From IMG/VR virus record IMGVR_UViG_3300045241_000033, positions 1 to 51,452 of that record: a stretch of DNA of 51,452 nt, one strand, 5' to 3'. The stretch comes from a virus. Taxonomy: Duplodnaviria > Caudoviricetes. This document shows positions 24,767-35,054 of this stretch, piece after piece. Within the stretch, counting starts at the first letter, position 1. Every line of letters begins with the position of its first letter. The notes under the pieces were generated by a model that had not been told where the DNA came from, did no database searches, and saw nothing but the letters and a program-made list of their open reading frames with translations. A program made the position numbers and the translations under genes.

Positions 24767-27307
24767 TTGGCTGACACCCCGAATCCCCAGTACCGCGGCG
24801 TACGCGACCTGCGAGAGGCAAAAGACCTCGCAGAGAAGCGGCGCGAGCTGGATAACCTCCGGCATCGCGACAAGATCGACTGGGTCTTGAACCGCGAGTT
24901 CTATAAGGGGAACCAGTATTCGTACTGGAACAAAGCGTACGGCAGCGGCGGCCGACTGGAGACCGAGGCGACCGACGAGGGCGACAAGCCCCACTACAAG
25001 GTGCGCCTCACGAACAACCAGATCCTTCCGGGCGTCAACCACTACGTCGCCCAGCTCACGAAGAACCGCCCGATCATCGCGGCAACGCCGGACTCAGGCA
25101 GCGACAGCGATCTGAAGTCCGCCCAGATGGGTACTGCCCTCTGGGACTACTGGTGGGGCACCATGTACCTGACGAGCAAGCTGCAGAGCGCGCTCAACAA
25201 CGCTGCGCTCTCGCAGGGGTACTGGTTCATCCAGTGGGACGCGCTCGCCGGGAAGTCCATGACGTACATGGTCGGCCCCGACGGTCAAGCGCTCGTCGGC
25301 CCGATGTGGTCGGACGACAACCTCGACATCTACCGCGACTCGCTGCGCGAAGCCGCGCAGCAGCAAGGCCACGATCCCGACGAAGTCGTCAAGCAGTTCA
25401 CGAAGACGGTTTCGGTCGGAGACATCTCCATCAAGGTGCTACCCGGTGAGAACGTACTGCTCGACCCGGCCGCTCCGACGTTCGAGGACGCGAAGTACGC
25501 GTTCGTCATCGAGAACATGTCGCCGGAGGAGGCTGCCGCACGGTGGCCGAAGGCGAAGGATATCGGGCCGGATGCGATCCCCGGCGATGAGTCCCTGAAT
25601 CTCTCAGGCCTCTCGCAGGAGAACGACCGCTCGAAGTCCGTTCGGCGCGTCTTCCACGGCTTCTTCGCGAAGAGCCCCGTGCTCCCGAAGGGCCGGTACG
25701 TCTGCTGGGTCGAGGGGCCGGACATCATCCTCTCGGACACAGCGTGGCCGTTCCCGTTTGACGAGCTTCCCATCGTGAAGTTCCCCGGTTTGGAGAGGCC
25801 GAACAGTCCGCTTGACATCCCTGTGACGACCGCGACGCGGCCGATCCAGAAGGACATCAACCGGACGATCTCCCAGGTCATGGAGCACAAGAACCTTACG
25901 ATGCGGCCGCAGCTGCTTGCCCCGACGGGCAGCATCTCGGAGCGCATCACGAGTGAGCCTGGCCGCACGTTCTACTTCAACCCGATCAACGGGGCAGTCC
26001 CCGAATGGCGCAAGATCCCGGATCTGCCGGGCTACGTCTTCGAGCATCTGCAGGAGCAGGAGCGGCGGCTCGACCGCTACTTCAACCGGATGCCGAACCA
26101 GCGTGACCAGCTCCCGGCCCGCATCGACAACGCGGACGGGATCGACATCATTCAGGAGTCGGTAGCCGACCAGCTCAGTCCCACCGTGCAGCGCCTCGAA
26201 AGCGCGCTCGTGCGCGCGGGGATGATAATGGCCAAGCTGGCGCAGCAGTATTACGTCGAGGAGCGCCTGCTCAAGATCAAGGGCTCCAACGGCGCGGTGC
26301 AGGTCAAGAAGTTCCGCAACGCTGACCTCGCGGGCGGCTTCTCGTTCCAGGCAGAGGCGGGCTCCGGCCTACCACGCACGCGGGCGGGCAAGCAGTCACG
26401 CATCGGCTTCATGCTGGAGAACCGCTTGATCGACCAGCGCACGGCGATGCGGTACATGGACACCGCCGACCTGACGGGCCTCACGGCCAAGGCTCAGGCC
26501 GCGGAGGAGCAAGCGTACCGCACCATCGAGAAGCTCAAGAAGGGCACGCCCCTCAATCCTCTCGCGCTCGAACAGGCGAAGGCGCAGGCGATGCAGGCGA
26601 TGCAGGATCCGAACGCAGACCTCAATGGCGACGGACAGCCTGAAGACCTGCAGACGAAGATGGGACTGATCCAGCAGATGCTGGAGCAGGCGTCACTTCA
26701 GCCGATGCCGCACGAGGATCCGGGCGTCCACCTCGACGTCCTGACGCAGTTCATGGACTCCGTCGAGTTCGAGAACCTCGACCCCGCTACTCAGAACCGA
26801 TTCAGCCAGCGCTTCACGGCGATGATGCAGATGAACATGCAGATCGCTCAGGCGTCTGCTCAGATGGGTGCGCCCGTCGAGCGGCCGAAGGTCACGCTCC
26901 AGATGAAGGCCACGTCAAGTGCGCCGGTCGCTGGGGAGATCCTTCGCGAGGCTGGGGTTCAGGTCTCTGACGAAGCGGTGGCACAGCCGCCGCTGGAGAC
27001 GTGGGTCACTGACAGCATCGACAAGGCGGACGCGGATGACGCGGGCAACGACCCGTTCACCGACGCCGAGAAGATGCAGACCCTGGTTCATAACCAGGAG
27101 CAGCATGCGAAGACGATGTCGAAGGCGGCCCACGAGGTCTCCCTCGCAGAGTCGAAGACGCACGGGGCTCAGCAAGACGCCTCCGGTCACGCCGACGCGC
27201 GTGCCGAGGCCGAGCACCAGCAGCGCATGAGGCACGCCGAGGAGATGCACCAGGCCAAGCTGGCCGCGGCGAAGCGTCCCCCGGCGAAGCCGAGCGGAGG
27301 CAAGTAA
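24767..27307 (+). CDS. Portal protein (large, podovirus type)
   Basis: 846 aa after terL; FYKGNQY, NQILP, RPIQKDIN; Gln/Met-rich C-terminal extension. Confidence 0.85.
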   Translation: MADTPNPQYRGVRDLREAKDLAEKRRELDNLRHRDKIDWVLNREFYKGNQYSYWNKAYGSGGRLETEATDEGDKPHYKVRLTNNQILPGVNHYVAQLTKNRPIIAATPDSGSDSDLKSAQMGTALWDYWWGTMYLTSKLQSALNNAALSQGYWFIQWDALAGKSMTYMVGPDGQALVGPMWSDDNLDIYRDSLREAAQQQGHDPDEVVKQFTKTVSVGDISIKVLPGENVLLDPAAPTFEDAKYAFVIENMSPEEAAARWPKAKDIGPDAIPGDESLNLSGLSQENDRSKSVRRVFHGFFAKSPVLPKGRYVCWVEGPDIILSDTAWPFPFDELPIVKFPGLERPNSPLDIPVTTATRPIQKDINRTISQVMEHKNLTMRPQLLAPTGSISERITSEPGRTFYFNPINGAVPEWRKIPDLPGYVFEHLQEQERRLDRYFNRMPNQRDQLPARIDNADGIDIIQESVADQLSPTVQRLESALVRAGMIMAKLAQQYYVEERLLKIKGSNGAVQVKKFRNADLAGGFSFQAEAGSGLPRTRAGKQSRIGFMLENRLIDQRTAMRYMDTADLTGLTAKAQAAEEQAYRTIEKLKKGTPLNPLALEQAKAQAMQAMQDPNADLNGDGQPEDLQTKMGLIQQMLEQASLQPMPHEDPGVHLDVLTQFMDSVEFENLDPATQNRFSQRFTAMMQMNMQIAQASAQMGAPVERPKVTLQMKATSSAPVAGEILREAGVQVSDEAVAQPPLETWVTDSIDKADADDAGNDPFTDAEKMQTLVHNQEQHAKTMSKAAHEVSLAESKTHGAQQDASGHADARAEAEHQQRMRHAEEMHQAKLAAAKRPPAKPSGGK

Positions 27308-27804
27308 TGGCGGGGGTGAGCAAGTACACGGAAGCCGACAGGGCGGCCGTGTACTTCTCCCTCCAGATCACGGGCGGCAACATCAAGCGCACAGCCCGTG
27401 AGGCCGGGTACCCGGAGTCCACCGTTCGCGGGTGGAAGAAGGACTTCGCGGAGAACGGCCCGCCGTCGGCGGAGGCAATCGAGGAGGTCTCGTCCGACTT
27501 CATCAAGGACGGGGAGCGCATCCGGAACAAGGCACTCGACAGGATCGAGCAGGTCTTGGATGACCCTCTCTCGAAGCCGAAGCTGGCTGAGTTGAACACG
27601 ACGGTCGGTGTACTCACCGACAAGCTGAACACCGCTCGCGGCTTGGACGTCAAGCGCGTCGAGCACCAGCACCACCTCCCGGACGCCGAAGAGGCGCGGG
27701 AGCTAATGCGCGGGTTCGCATCGGAACTAATCGCGATGTCGGCCTCACGCGACGGCGAGATCATCGACGCCGAAATCGTAGAGACCAAGTCTCTAACGCC
27801 CTAA
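27307..27804 (+). CDS. HTH protein, terminase small subunit-like
   Basis: GNIKRTAREAGYPESTVRGWK HTH followed by helical segments. Confidence 0.55.
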   Translation: MAGVSKYTEADRAAVYFSLQITGGNIKRTAREAGYPESTVRGWKKDFAENGPPSAEAIEEVSSDFIKDGERIRNKALDRIEQVLDDPLSKPKLAELNTTVGVLTDKLNTARGLDVKRVEHQHHLPDAEEARELMRGFASELIAMSASRDGEIIDAEIVETKSLTP

Positions 27805-27857
27805 ACCGTCCACTAACAGAGCAGCCCGTAAGGGACTCTGAGAGGAGAGAAACCACT

Positions 27858-28910
27858 TTGTCCGAAGCAGCATCAGAGATGTCGTTCGCGGAAGCGGAGG
27901 CAGCACTCGGAAACGCAATCGAGGCGGAAAACGCCCCGGCGGTTCCCGAGCAGGCTACCCCGACTCCGGCGACTCCCGAGGGAACGGCCACCGAGGCCGG
28001 AGTACAACCGCACCACGCAGCGTCACAGCTCCGAGATCCCGCGTCAGGAAAGTTCATCCTGCCGGACGGATCGCTGTCTGACGCGCCTGCCCCGGCTGCG
28101 GACACTCCGTTGTTCGATGGATCGGTCAATCCCGACCAGCTGATCGCCGAGCACCCGGAGCTTGCTCCATTCGTCAAGCAACTGCAGGGCGAATGGACAC
28201 GCAAGACTCAGGCGCTCGCCGAACAGCGCAAGCAGTTCGACGGCCTCGACCCGCAGGTTGCGCGTCAGGCGACCGAGCTGTACCAGGCTCTACAGGATCC
28301 GAAGTACCTTCAGGAGTTCCACGCGGAACTCTCAACGCACCTCCAGGCGCAGGGACTTACGTCCGCTCAGGCGAATACGGAAGCAGCCAAGCGCATCGAG
28401 ACCGAGGTCGCAGGCGCGCAGGGGGAAGCCCCCGCGCTTGACCTAACCGCGTTGAGGTCGGATCCGGAGCTTGCGCCAATCGCGGCGGCCCTCGAAGCCC
28501 AACAGTCTCGTCTCGACTCGTTCGAGCAGCAGGCTCAGGCGCGCGAGGAAGCCGAAGCGATGGCGAACTGGCAGATGGCAGTCGCTGGTGAACTCCAGCG
28601 GCAGGAGATGTCGATCCTGCAGGCTAACCCGCACTACACGGAAGCCGACATGGATGGCATTCACGAGCTAGCTGCCTACTTCGATGGCAACCTGCTCCAG
28701 GCGCAGACACGGTACGAACAGATCGGCCAGCAACTGGTTGATCGGTGGCTCGCGCAGAAGCAGGCACACACCGAAGTAACGCCCGGTTCAGTGTCGGGCA
28801 CCGGCATCAGTGAGGTACCCGAGTCACTTGGCGAAGATCTGGACGCAGGTCTCAAAGCCGCACTCGGAGCACTCGCTGAGCAGGGCATCGACACGTTGGA
28901 CGGGTTTTAA
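27858..28910 (+). CDS. Capsid scaffolding protein
   Basis: Acidic and helical, WTRKTQALAEQRK; directly precedes the capsid gene. Confidence 0.8.
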   Translation: MSEAASEMSFAEAEAALGNAIEAENAPAVPEQATPTPATPEGTATEAGVQPHHAASQLRDPASGKFILPDGSLSDAPAPAADTPLFDGSVNPDQLIAEHPELAPFVKQLQGEWTRKTQALAEQRKQFDGLDPQVARQATELYQALQDPKYLQEFHAELSTHLQAQGLTSAQANTEAAKRIETEVAGAQGEAPALDLTALRSDPELAPIAAALEAQQSRLDSFEQQAQAREEAEAMANWQMAVAGELQRQEMSILQANPHYTEADMDGIHELAAYFDGNLLQAQTRYEQIGQQLVDRWLAQKQAHTEVTPGSVSGTGISEVPESLGEDLDAGLKAALGALAEQGIDTLDGF

Positions 28911-28974
28911 CTCTCGCTTATCCGCCGGGGCGTGAGATCCGCATCCTCACAACCCAAGGGAGTTCGACCGAACA

Positions 28975-30219
28975 ATGGCTGGTGCAACACTCACCACCCT
29001 GTCGAACATCATGAAGAACTTCTATCTGGGCCCCGTCCAGAGCCAGCTGAACAACGAGATCCTCGTTCAACAGCTGTTGGGAACTTCTTCTGAGAACCTG
29101 GAAGGCCTCGCAGCCAAGCTGCCTCTCCACAACCTTCGCTCAAGCGGCGTCGGTGCTCGTGGTGAGCTTGAGACCCTCCCGGTGGCAGGAGCACAGGGCT
29201 ATGCCCAGGCCTCGTTTGACCTCGCGTACCATTACGGTCGCGCGCAGGTCTCAGGCCAGTCGATTCACAAGACGCGCAGCTCTGCTGGCGCGTTCCTAAC
29301 CGCGATGAAGTCAGAGCTGGACGGCCTTCGGGACGACCTCGCCCTCGACTTCGCGCGGCAGATCTACGGCCCCGGTAACGGTGCCGTCGCTACCACGGCA
29401 GCCAACGGCGCTGGCGTTGTCCTGACCCTGCAGAGTGCAGAGGCGATCTCAAAGGGATTCCTCTACATCAACATGGTCATCGACTCCGGCCCCGTCGCTG
29501 GTAACCCGCAGGCCAACTTCACGAACCGCACGATCACGGACATCAACCTGGCGACGCCTTCGATCACCATCTCTGGTGCGAACGTGACGACCAACGCTGG
29601 TGACGCGATCTACAGGTTCGGTAACGCTGGCCCCTCGACCTCGTACGCGCTTCGCGAGATGGACGCTGGTCTGCAGAAGATCCTGCCGACCGCTGCGAAC
29701 ACCCTCGGCGGCATCAACGCCGCCTCCGCGGGTAACTCGTACTGGGACAACCTGCGTAACACCACGGGCGGCACGATCTCGCTGTCCACGCTGATGCAGG
29801 AGTGGAACCGCTCCGCTTCAGCTGGTGCCAAGCCGGGCGAGGTTGTCGCGATCACGACTCCGGGCATCGTCCGGCGTCTGTTCGAGACCGGGGACTTCAA
29901 GGCACTCGTCCAGTTCGTTAACACGAACGACTTCGCGGGCGGGTTCTCTGAGGTCAGCTTCGCTGCCAACGGTGTGCCGATCAAGCTCTACCCCGACCGG
30001 CTCGCGCCGTGGGGCCAGGTGCTGATCCCGCACAAGAAGCACATTCGCATGTTCTCTCCGGCCGACTGGGACTTCCTCTCGAAGGACGGTCTCACGGTGC
30101 GCTGGGTGAACGACATCGACGCATTCCAGACGGCGCTCTTCAAGTACGCCAACCTGGGCGCTGACCGGCGCAACACGTCGAACGTCATCACCGGCATCAC
30201 GGACACGAACGGCGTCTAA
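28975..30219 (+). CDS. Major capsid protein
   Basis: 414 aa after the scaffold and followed by a terminator; capsid-like composition. Confidence 0.85.
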   Translation: MAGATLTTLSNIMKNFYLGPVQSQLNNEILVQQLLGTSSENLEGLAAKLPLHNLRSSGVGARGELETLPVAGAQGYAQASFDLAYHYGRAQVSGQSIHKTRSSAGAFLTAMKSELDGLRDDLALDFARQIYGPGNGAVATTAANGAGVVLTLQSAEAISKGFLYINMVIDSGPVAGNPQANFTNRTITDINLATPSITISGANVTTNAGDAIYRFGNAGPSTSYALREMDAGLQKILPTAANTLGGINAASAGNSYWDNLRNTTGGTISLSTLMQEWNRSASAGAKPGEVVAITTPGIVRRLFETGDFKALVQFVNTNDFAGGFSEVSFAANGVPIKLYPDRLAPWGQVLIPHKKHIRMFSPADWDFLSKDGLTVRWVNDIDAFQTALFKYANLGADRRNTSNVITGITDTNGV

Positions 30220-30264
30220 GCACCATCGTTCCTACTCGTCGTCCCACTGGGACTGACGAGCTTC

Positions 30265-30312
30265 CCCGGCTGGGCCGCGCCCTCGTGGCCTGGCCTGGCC
30301 GGGGTTCTTTTT
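30265..30312 (+). terminator. Intrinsic terminator after capsid gene
   Basis: CCCCGGC...GCCGGGG stem followed by TTCTTTTT. Confidence 0.7.
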
Positions 30313-30337
30313 ACGTCCGCAACCGCCAAGGAGGATC

Positions 30338-30781
30338 ATGAACGTCACAGACCTGACTGCTTCGCAGCTTTGGCTGCCGGGGCAGGGCCTCGTCCCGGCG
30401 CACATGCGTACGGCGCTCAAGACCGTCGAGGAGTACGACGACGACCTCACCATCGGTCGGCACGAGCAGACGGGCGAGTGGGTCGTCCTCCTGAAGCGCG
30501 GCCCCGAGGGCCGACCATTCCCGGTGTTCGGGCTCGGTATCGAGCTGCCTGCTCCGGAGCAGATCAAGAAGCGCCTCTACGAATCTGACGTGCGCCGCAA
30601 CGGCGCGGAGATCGTGAGGCAGATCACCCGCAAGACGGAGCTGGCTCAGGCGGAAGGTCGCCGAGTAGCCAGCGAAGCCTCCGGTCACGCAGCCGAAGCG
30701 CTGGAGTGGGGTCACCGCAAGATGGGTGCACACCCCAGCCCGCGCATTTTCGTACCTAGCCCGAAGGGAGAAACACCGTAA
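30338..30781 (+). CDS. Hypothetical protein
   Basis: AGGAGG RBS; 147 aa. Confidence 0.75.
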   Translation: MNVTDLTASQLWLPGQGLVPAHMRTALKTVEEYDDDLTIGRHEQTGEWVVLLKRGPEGRPFPVFGLGIELPAPEQIKKRLYESDVRRNGAEIVRQITRKTELAQAEGRRVASEASGHAAEALEWGHRKMGAHPSPRIFVPSPKGETP

Positions 30782-31434
30782 TGTCACTTTTCGCACCACA
30801 GGATCCACGAGGGCCTGACCAGCGGCGCAAGCAGCTGATGGCGAAGCTCGCCATGCAGGGCCGTCGCAACGTCCCGATGCCACAATCGGCCGGGCACAAC
30901 GCGCTCGCAAGCGGCGATGCAGGCCGCACATTCCGCGGGGCCACCACCTTCCGACCGCCTTCAACGCACGGCGGGAACGTCCTCAGCTCGATCCTCGCGC
31001 GCCTGGGCATCGGCGGCCAGCCGGGACAGGGCGAGTTCAGCGGCGGGCCTGGCGCTCCTATCGGCCATCCCGGCATGGGTGGCGGCGTAGGCGCAGATCC
31101 GTTCTCGCGCACACCGCAGGCGATCACGGGCGGAACGCCTATCGCTCCGAATGACCCGACCATGCCCGGCGTGGGCGCTCCGGCCATGCCTGCTCAAGCG
31201 CAAGGAACGCCGCCGCCCGGCTATGGCGACAGCACCTTCACGCCTCCGGCCACGCCCGGAGGTCTCCCTCAGCTGAACGAGGGCAGGCTCCCGAGCCTAG
31301 TCCAGGACGCAGGGAGCAACGGGCTCGTCGATCTCGGTAACGGCATGTTCTACAACCCCGCCACCGACCAAGTCACGCACGGCGGTGCGGCCCCGAACGC
31401 CGCTACTGGCGCGCGCGGGCTCTACAGGGAATAA
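30781..31434 (+). CDS. Pro/Gly-rich low-complexity protein
   Basis: 217 aa, TAATG coupling. Confidence 0.65.
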   Translation: MSLFAPQDPRGPDQRRKQLMAKLAMQGRRNVPMPQSAGHNALASGDAGRTFRGATTFRPPSTHGGNVLSSILARLGIGGQPGQGEFSGGPGAPIGHPGMGGGVGADPFSRTPQAITGGTPIAPNDPTMPGVGAPAMPAQAQGTPPPGYGDSTFTPPATPGGLPQLNEGRLPSLVQDAGSNGLVDLGNGMFYNPATDQVTHGGAAPNAATGARGLYRE

Positions 31435-31439
31435 GGCAC

Positions 31440-32081
31440 ATGGACGCGCCTGCACTCATCGCGATCCTGAACGCCTACGGGTTCACGGACACCGACACAA
31501 CGACGAAGGTGAACGCGATGCAGGCGGCTCTCCGAAGCATCCTGCAGCGGAAGCCGTGGCCGTTTCTAGAAACCACGAAGTCGCTCGCGTTCAACGGGTC
31601 GAGCGCAGTACCTACGACGAGCCTCTCCGACCTGCGGGCCGTGATGAAGATCATGGACAACAGCGCAACCCAGCCGCGGCGGATTCGCTTCAAGCGAACC
31701 GACGACATGGAGGAGCAGTTCGACCTCACCGAGACCGGGACGCCGCTCTACTACTACTTCGTCGGCACGCAGCTGAACCTCTGGCCGATACCGAGTTCTA
31801 CGCAGACGCTGCGTCTTCGGTACCTGCGTACGGCCCCGGTCATCAACGAGAACTCGACCGAGGCTCAGATCCTGCTCCCGCCGGACTTCCACGAGGCGTG
31901 GGAGTTCCGCACAGTGGCCAACCTGGCCGACCTGGACGATGACAACGACGTCGCCGCGCGCTTCGAGGCCAAAGCCGAGAACGGTATCGCGCAGATGACG
32001 GAGGCGCTCATCGCCCTGCAGCATGACGAGGCCGACTACGTCCACGTCATCGACATCGACGATTACGGCTACGACGACTAA
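31440..32081 (+). CDS. Head-tail adaptor / tail tubular protein A-like
   Basis: WPFLE, GTP.YY, LWPIP, LP.DFHE pattern; position after the capsid. Confidence 0.7.
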   Translation: MDAPALIAILNAYGFTDTDTTTKVNAMQAALRSILQRKPWPFLETTKSLAFNGSSAVPTTSLSDLRAVMKIMDNSATQPRRIRFKRTDDMEEQFDLTETGTPLYYYFVGTQLNLWPIPSSTQTLRLRYLRTAPVINENSTEAQILLPPDFHEAWEFRTVANLADLDDDNDVAARFEAKAENGIAQMTEALIALQHDEADYVHVIDIDDYGYDD

Positions 32082-32092
32082 GGAGGTGGGCG

Positions 32093-34549
32093 ATGTCCGT
32101 ATTGACGGAGACGTTTGAAGGATCTCCGGGCGGAATGAACCTCGCCCTTCCGGCATCGGAGCTTGACGACACTGAGGCGCAGTACATTCAGGACGGGCTG
32201 GTTGACTACCCCGGCCTGACGCGCCGTCGCGGCCCGCTGCGGAAGGTCACGGGCATCGCCAATCTCACACGCAAGGGCTCCGGGCTCGCCATGACCCTGA
32301 ACCCGCAGGGCATCGACAAGTACGGGGTGCTGAACGGCGACAACTCGAACGGCTACTTCAGCGTTCTGAGCGACGACGTCACGGCTGTGCAGGCCGACCT
32401 GGCCTGGCCGCACCCGCTCCCGACCACTCCCCTGACGCCGGGACAGCAGTACCGCAATGTGGACATCAAGCCCTCGCTCAACGGCGGGGCCTGGATTGGC
32501 GTCTCCAGCTCCTATGACGCGAACAGCCCGAACCAGGGCCTCGCGCTCTGGATGGGCGCGAACCGCGCGAACTACAGCGCGGGCTCAGTCACGGTTGCGC
32601 GCGGCTCCGCGGCGCTCACTGCGCCGAGCGGCTTCACCGCCAACGTGGTCGCCGGTATGTGGCTCTTCGCGAACACCGACGAGCCGTACACGAACGCCCT
32701 CATCGGCCTCGTGCGCTCGGTCAACTCCGACACGAGCATCACGCTCGACTCTGTCAGCCCCTACAACGTCACCGCGAAGGCCGCGACGTTCCAGGCGCTG
32801 AGGGGCTTCGCCCCGAAGGTCGGCGTCGGCTACATCACGGTGGACACGTCAAGCGCCACGGTCACGGGCGGCAAGACCAAGTTCTCGTCCGACGGGCTCA
32901 GCACGGGCACCTGGCAGATCTACCGCGCGCGAGACATGGCGTTTGTCGGCAAGGTCTTGTCGGTCACGACTGAGATCAGCCTGACGCTCGCCGCCAACGC
33001 GGCGGTAGCGATGGCTGAGGACAAGTACATCGCGATCCGCGCGGATGCGGACTTCAGCATCAGCACTACCGCGAGCACTCAGAAGGTCGGCTTCCTCAAC
33101 GCGACCTACGCGGGGCGTCAGTGGTTCGCAAACAACGGGGCCGTGCTTGACAAGACGACGCGGCTCTGGTTCAGCGACATCAACGACCCCGAGATCACCG
33201 ACCTCGCGGACTTCGACGGGGACTGGGACGACGTGACCAGTTCGTCCACGGTCAACGAGCCCATCCGGGCCATCGCCTCGGCGAACTCCGGCCTCGTGAT
33301 CCTCAAGGAGAACGAGACCTACCTCGTCACCGGGAACAGCCCGGCGTCCTTCTCGCCGAGGAAGCTCGAAGACGACGGCACGCTGAGCGGCATGTCCGTG
33401 CAGCAGTACGGCGGGGGCGTCATCTGGGCCGGTCGCGAAGGGATCCACTTCTTCGACGGCCAGACCGCACAGAACCTGACGTCGGATCCGGTACGCCCGA
33501 AGCTGGGCGACTACTGGAAGAACTCGATCCGCACGTTCGACCCGGCCACGTACCGCATGTACTCGATGATTAACCGCGACCACTACTTCCTCTTCGTCGA
33601 GAAGATCAGCCCGACCGTTCCGGTCATCAAGGGCGTCGTCTCGCACACCCCCACGCAGATGACCTTCGTCATAAACATGGTCACGCGCGCGGTCACGGTG
33701 ATGACGAACACGAACATCCGCGGCGCTGTGACACTGCCGTCGAGTGCGGGCAAGCACTCCTGGTTCCTCGTGAACGGCCGTATCGACGGAGAGGCCACAG
33801 ACCACGCCTTCATCGCCGAAGGCGAGGCCCTCTTCAATGAGGAAGGCACCGACCCGATCTCCTCGGATACGGAGGTGTCGATAGGTGCCACCACTATAAC
33901 CAACGCATCCCCCGCGGTCTTCACGAAGGTCGCGCACGGGCTGAAGGTCGGGGATCCAGTCACCTTCACAACGACCGGCGCACTACCGACAGGCCTCGTG
34001 GTGGGGACGACCTACTACGTGATCGCTGCCGGGTTCACGGTGGACGCCTTCGAGGTGTCTCTCACACTTGGCGGAGCGGCGGTCAACACGTCCAGCGCAG
34101 GCTCGGGTACGCACACGACGTACCGAGCTTGGCAGATTGTGGGCCCCGACTTCTTCTACGAGTCGAAGAAGTTCTCCGAGGGGGACAGCACGCGGCTGAA
34201 GAAGTTCAAGCAGCTGATGATGCACTACCTCGCGCAGGGCGGCGACATCAAGGTGGACACGGTCATCGGCCTGAACGACTTCGGGCAGGTACTCAGCTCT
34301 ACGTTCCCCGCGTCGGTGCTCACCTGGGACACGCTGAAGAACGCGGTCGCCAACTGGGACGCGGTCAACGCGCAGTTCGCCACCTGGGCCTTCCTCGTGC
34401 AGGGCGTCTTCAAGCCGAAGCGCGTGAAGTTCCAGCGCGCATCGACGCACCTGAGCTTCCGGCTCTACCAATCCACGCCAGCCATGACGCGGCTGCAGAT
34501 CGGGCCGTTCGCTATCGGCTACAAGCTGAAGCGGCCAGGAAGGATCTAA
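32093..34549 (+). CDS. Tail tubular protein B / nozzle-like protein
   Basis: 818 aa beta-rich; GGMN, RRRG, RLWFSD; follows the adaptor. Confidence 0.7.
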   Translation: MSVLTETFEGSPGGMNLALPASELDDTEAQYIQDGLVDYPGLTRRRGPLRKVTGIANLTRKGSGLAMTLNPQGIDKYGVLNGDNSNGYFSVLSDDVTAVQADLAWPHPLPTTPLTPGQQYRNVDIKPSLNGGAWIGVSSSYDANSPNQGLALWMGANRANYSAGSVTVARGSAALTAPSGFTANVVAGMWLFANTDEPYTNALIGLVRSVNSDTSITLDSVSPYNVTAKAATFQALRGFAPKVGVGYITVDTSSATVTGGKTKFSSDGLSTGTWQIYRARDMAFVGKVLSVTTEISLTLAANAAVAMAEDKYIAIRADADFSISTTASTQKVGFLNATYAGRQWFANNGAVLDKTTRLWFSDINDPEITDLADFDGDWDDVTSSSTVNEPIRAIASANSGLVILKENETYLVTGNSPASFSPRKLEDDGTLSGMSVQQYGGGVIWAGREGIHFFDGQTAQNLTSDPVRPKLGDYWKNSIRTFDPATYRMYSMINRDHYFLFVEKISPTVPVIKGVVSHTPTQMTFVINMVTRAVTVMTNTNIRGAVTLPSSAGKHSWFLVNGRIDGEATDHAFIAEGEALFNEEGTDPISSDTEVSIGATTITNASPAVFTKVAHGLKVGDPVTFTTTGALPTGLVVGTTYYVIAAGFTVDAFEVSLTLGGAAVNTSSAGSGTHTTYRAWQIVGPDFFYESKKFSEGDSTRLKKFKQLMMHYLAQGGDIKVDTVIGLNDFGQVLSSTFPASVLTWDTLKNAVANWDAVNAQFATWAFLVQGVFKPKRVKFQRASTHLSFRLYQSTPAMTRLQIGPFAIGYKLKRPGRI

Positions 34550-34550
34550 C

Positions 34551-35042
34551 GTGGCAGATCAGTCGCTGGGTGAGCTGACCGTAGGTTGGCTCACCCGGTA
34601 TCTACGCGACCTACAGGAGCGCTACCCGACGAGCTTCCTCCCGCAGTTGACGGTCGAGGAGCTGGTCGTCTCGAAGAAGATCACGATTGGCGACCAGGTG
34701 GACTTCCTCGCGTTCGCGACCCCCAAGGTCATCGCGACGGTCGGTCAGCCCGCGTTCGCTAACAGCTGGGCCCACTACGGTGCGCCCTACTCGAACGCCT
34801 CGTACATCAAGCGGCCGGGCGGCTGGGTCGAACTCATCGGCGTCATCAAGAGCGGCACCGTGGGGAGCGCAGCGTTCACGCTGCCGCCGGGCTACCGGCC
34901 GATTTCCACGAAGTCGCTACTCACGCTCTCGAACGGAACCACTGGGCGCGTGGACATCGGATCTGACGGCACCGTCACCCCTATAGCGCCGTCGAACAAC
35001 ACCTCGGTCGTCCTCGACGGCCTTCACTTCAAGATCGCCTAA
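34551..35042 (+). CDS. Minor tail protein
   Basis: V.L.G.IK.G....AFTLP.GYRP tail-fibre-associated motif. Confidence 0.7.
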   Translation: MADQSLGELTVGWLTRYLRDLQERYPTSFLPQLTVEELVVSKKITIGDQVDFLAFATPKVIATVGQPAFANSWAHYGAPYSNASYIKRPGGWVELIGVIKSGTVGSAAFTLPPGYRPISTKSLLTLSNGTTGRVDIGSDGTVTPIAPSNNTSVVLDGLHFKIA

Positions 35043-35054
35043 AGGAGGCGCTAC

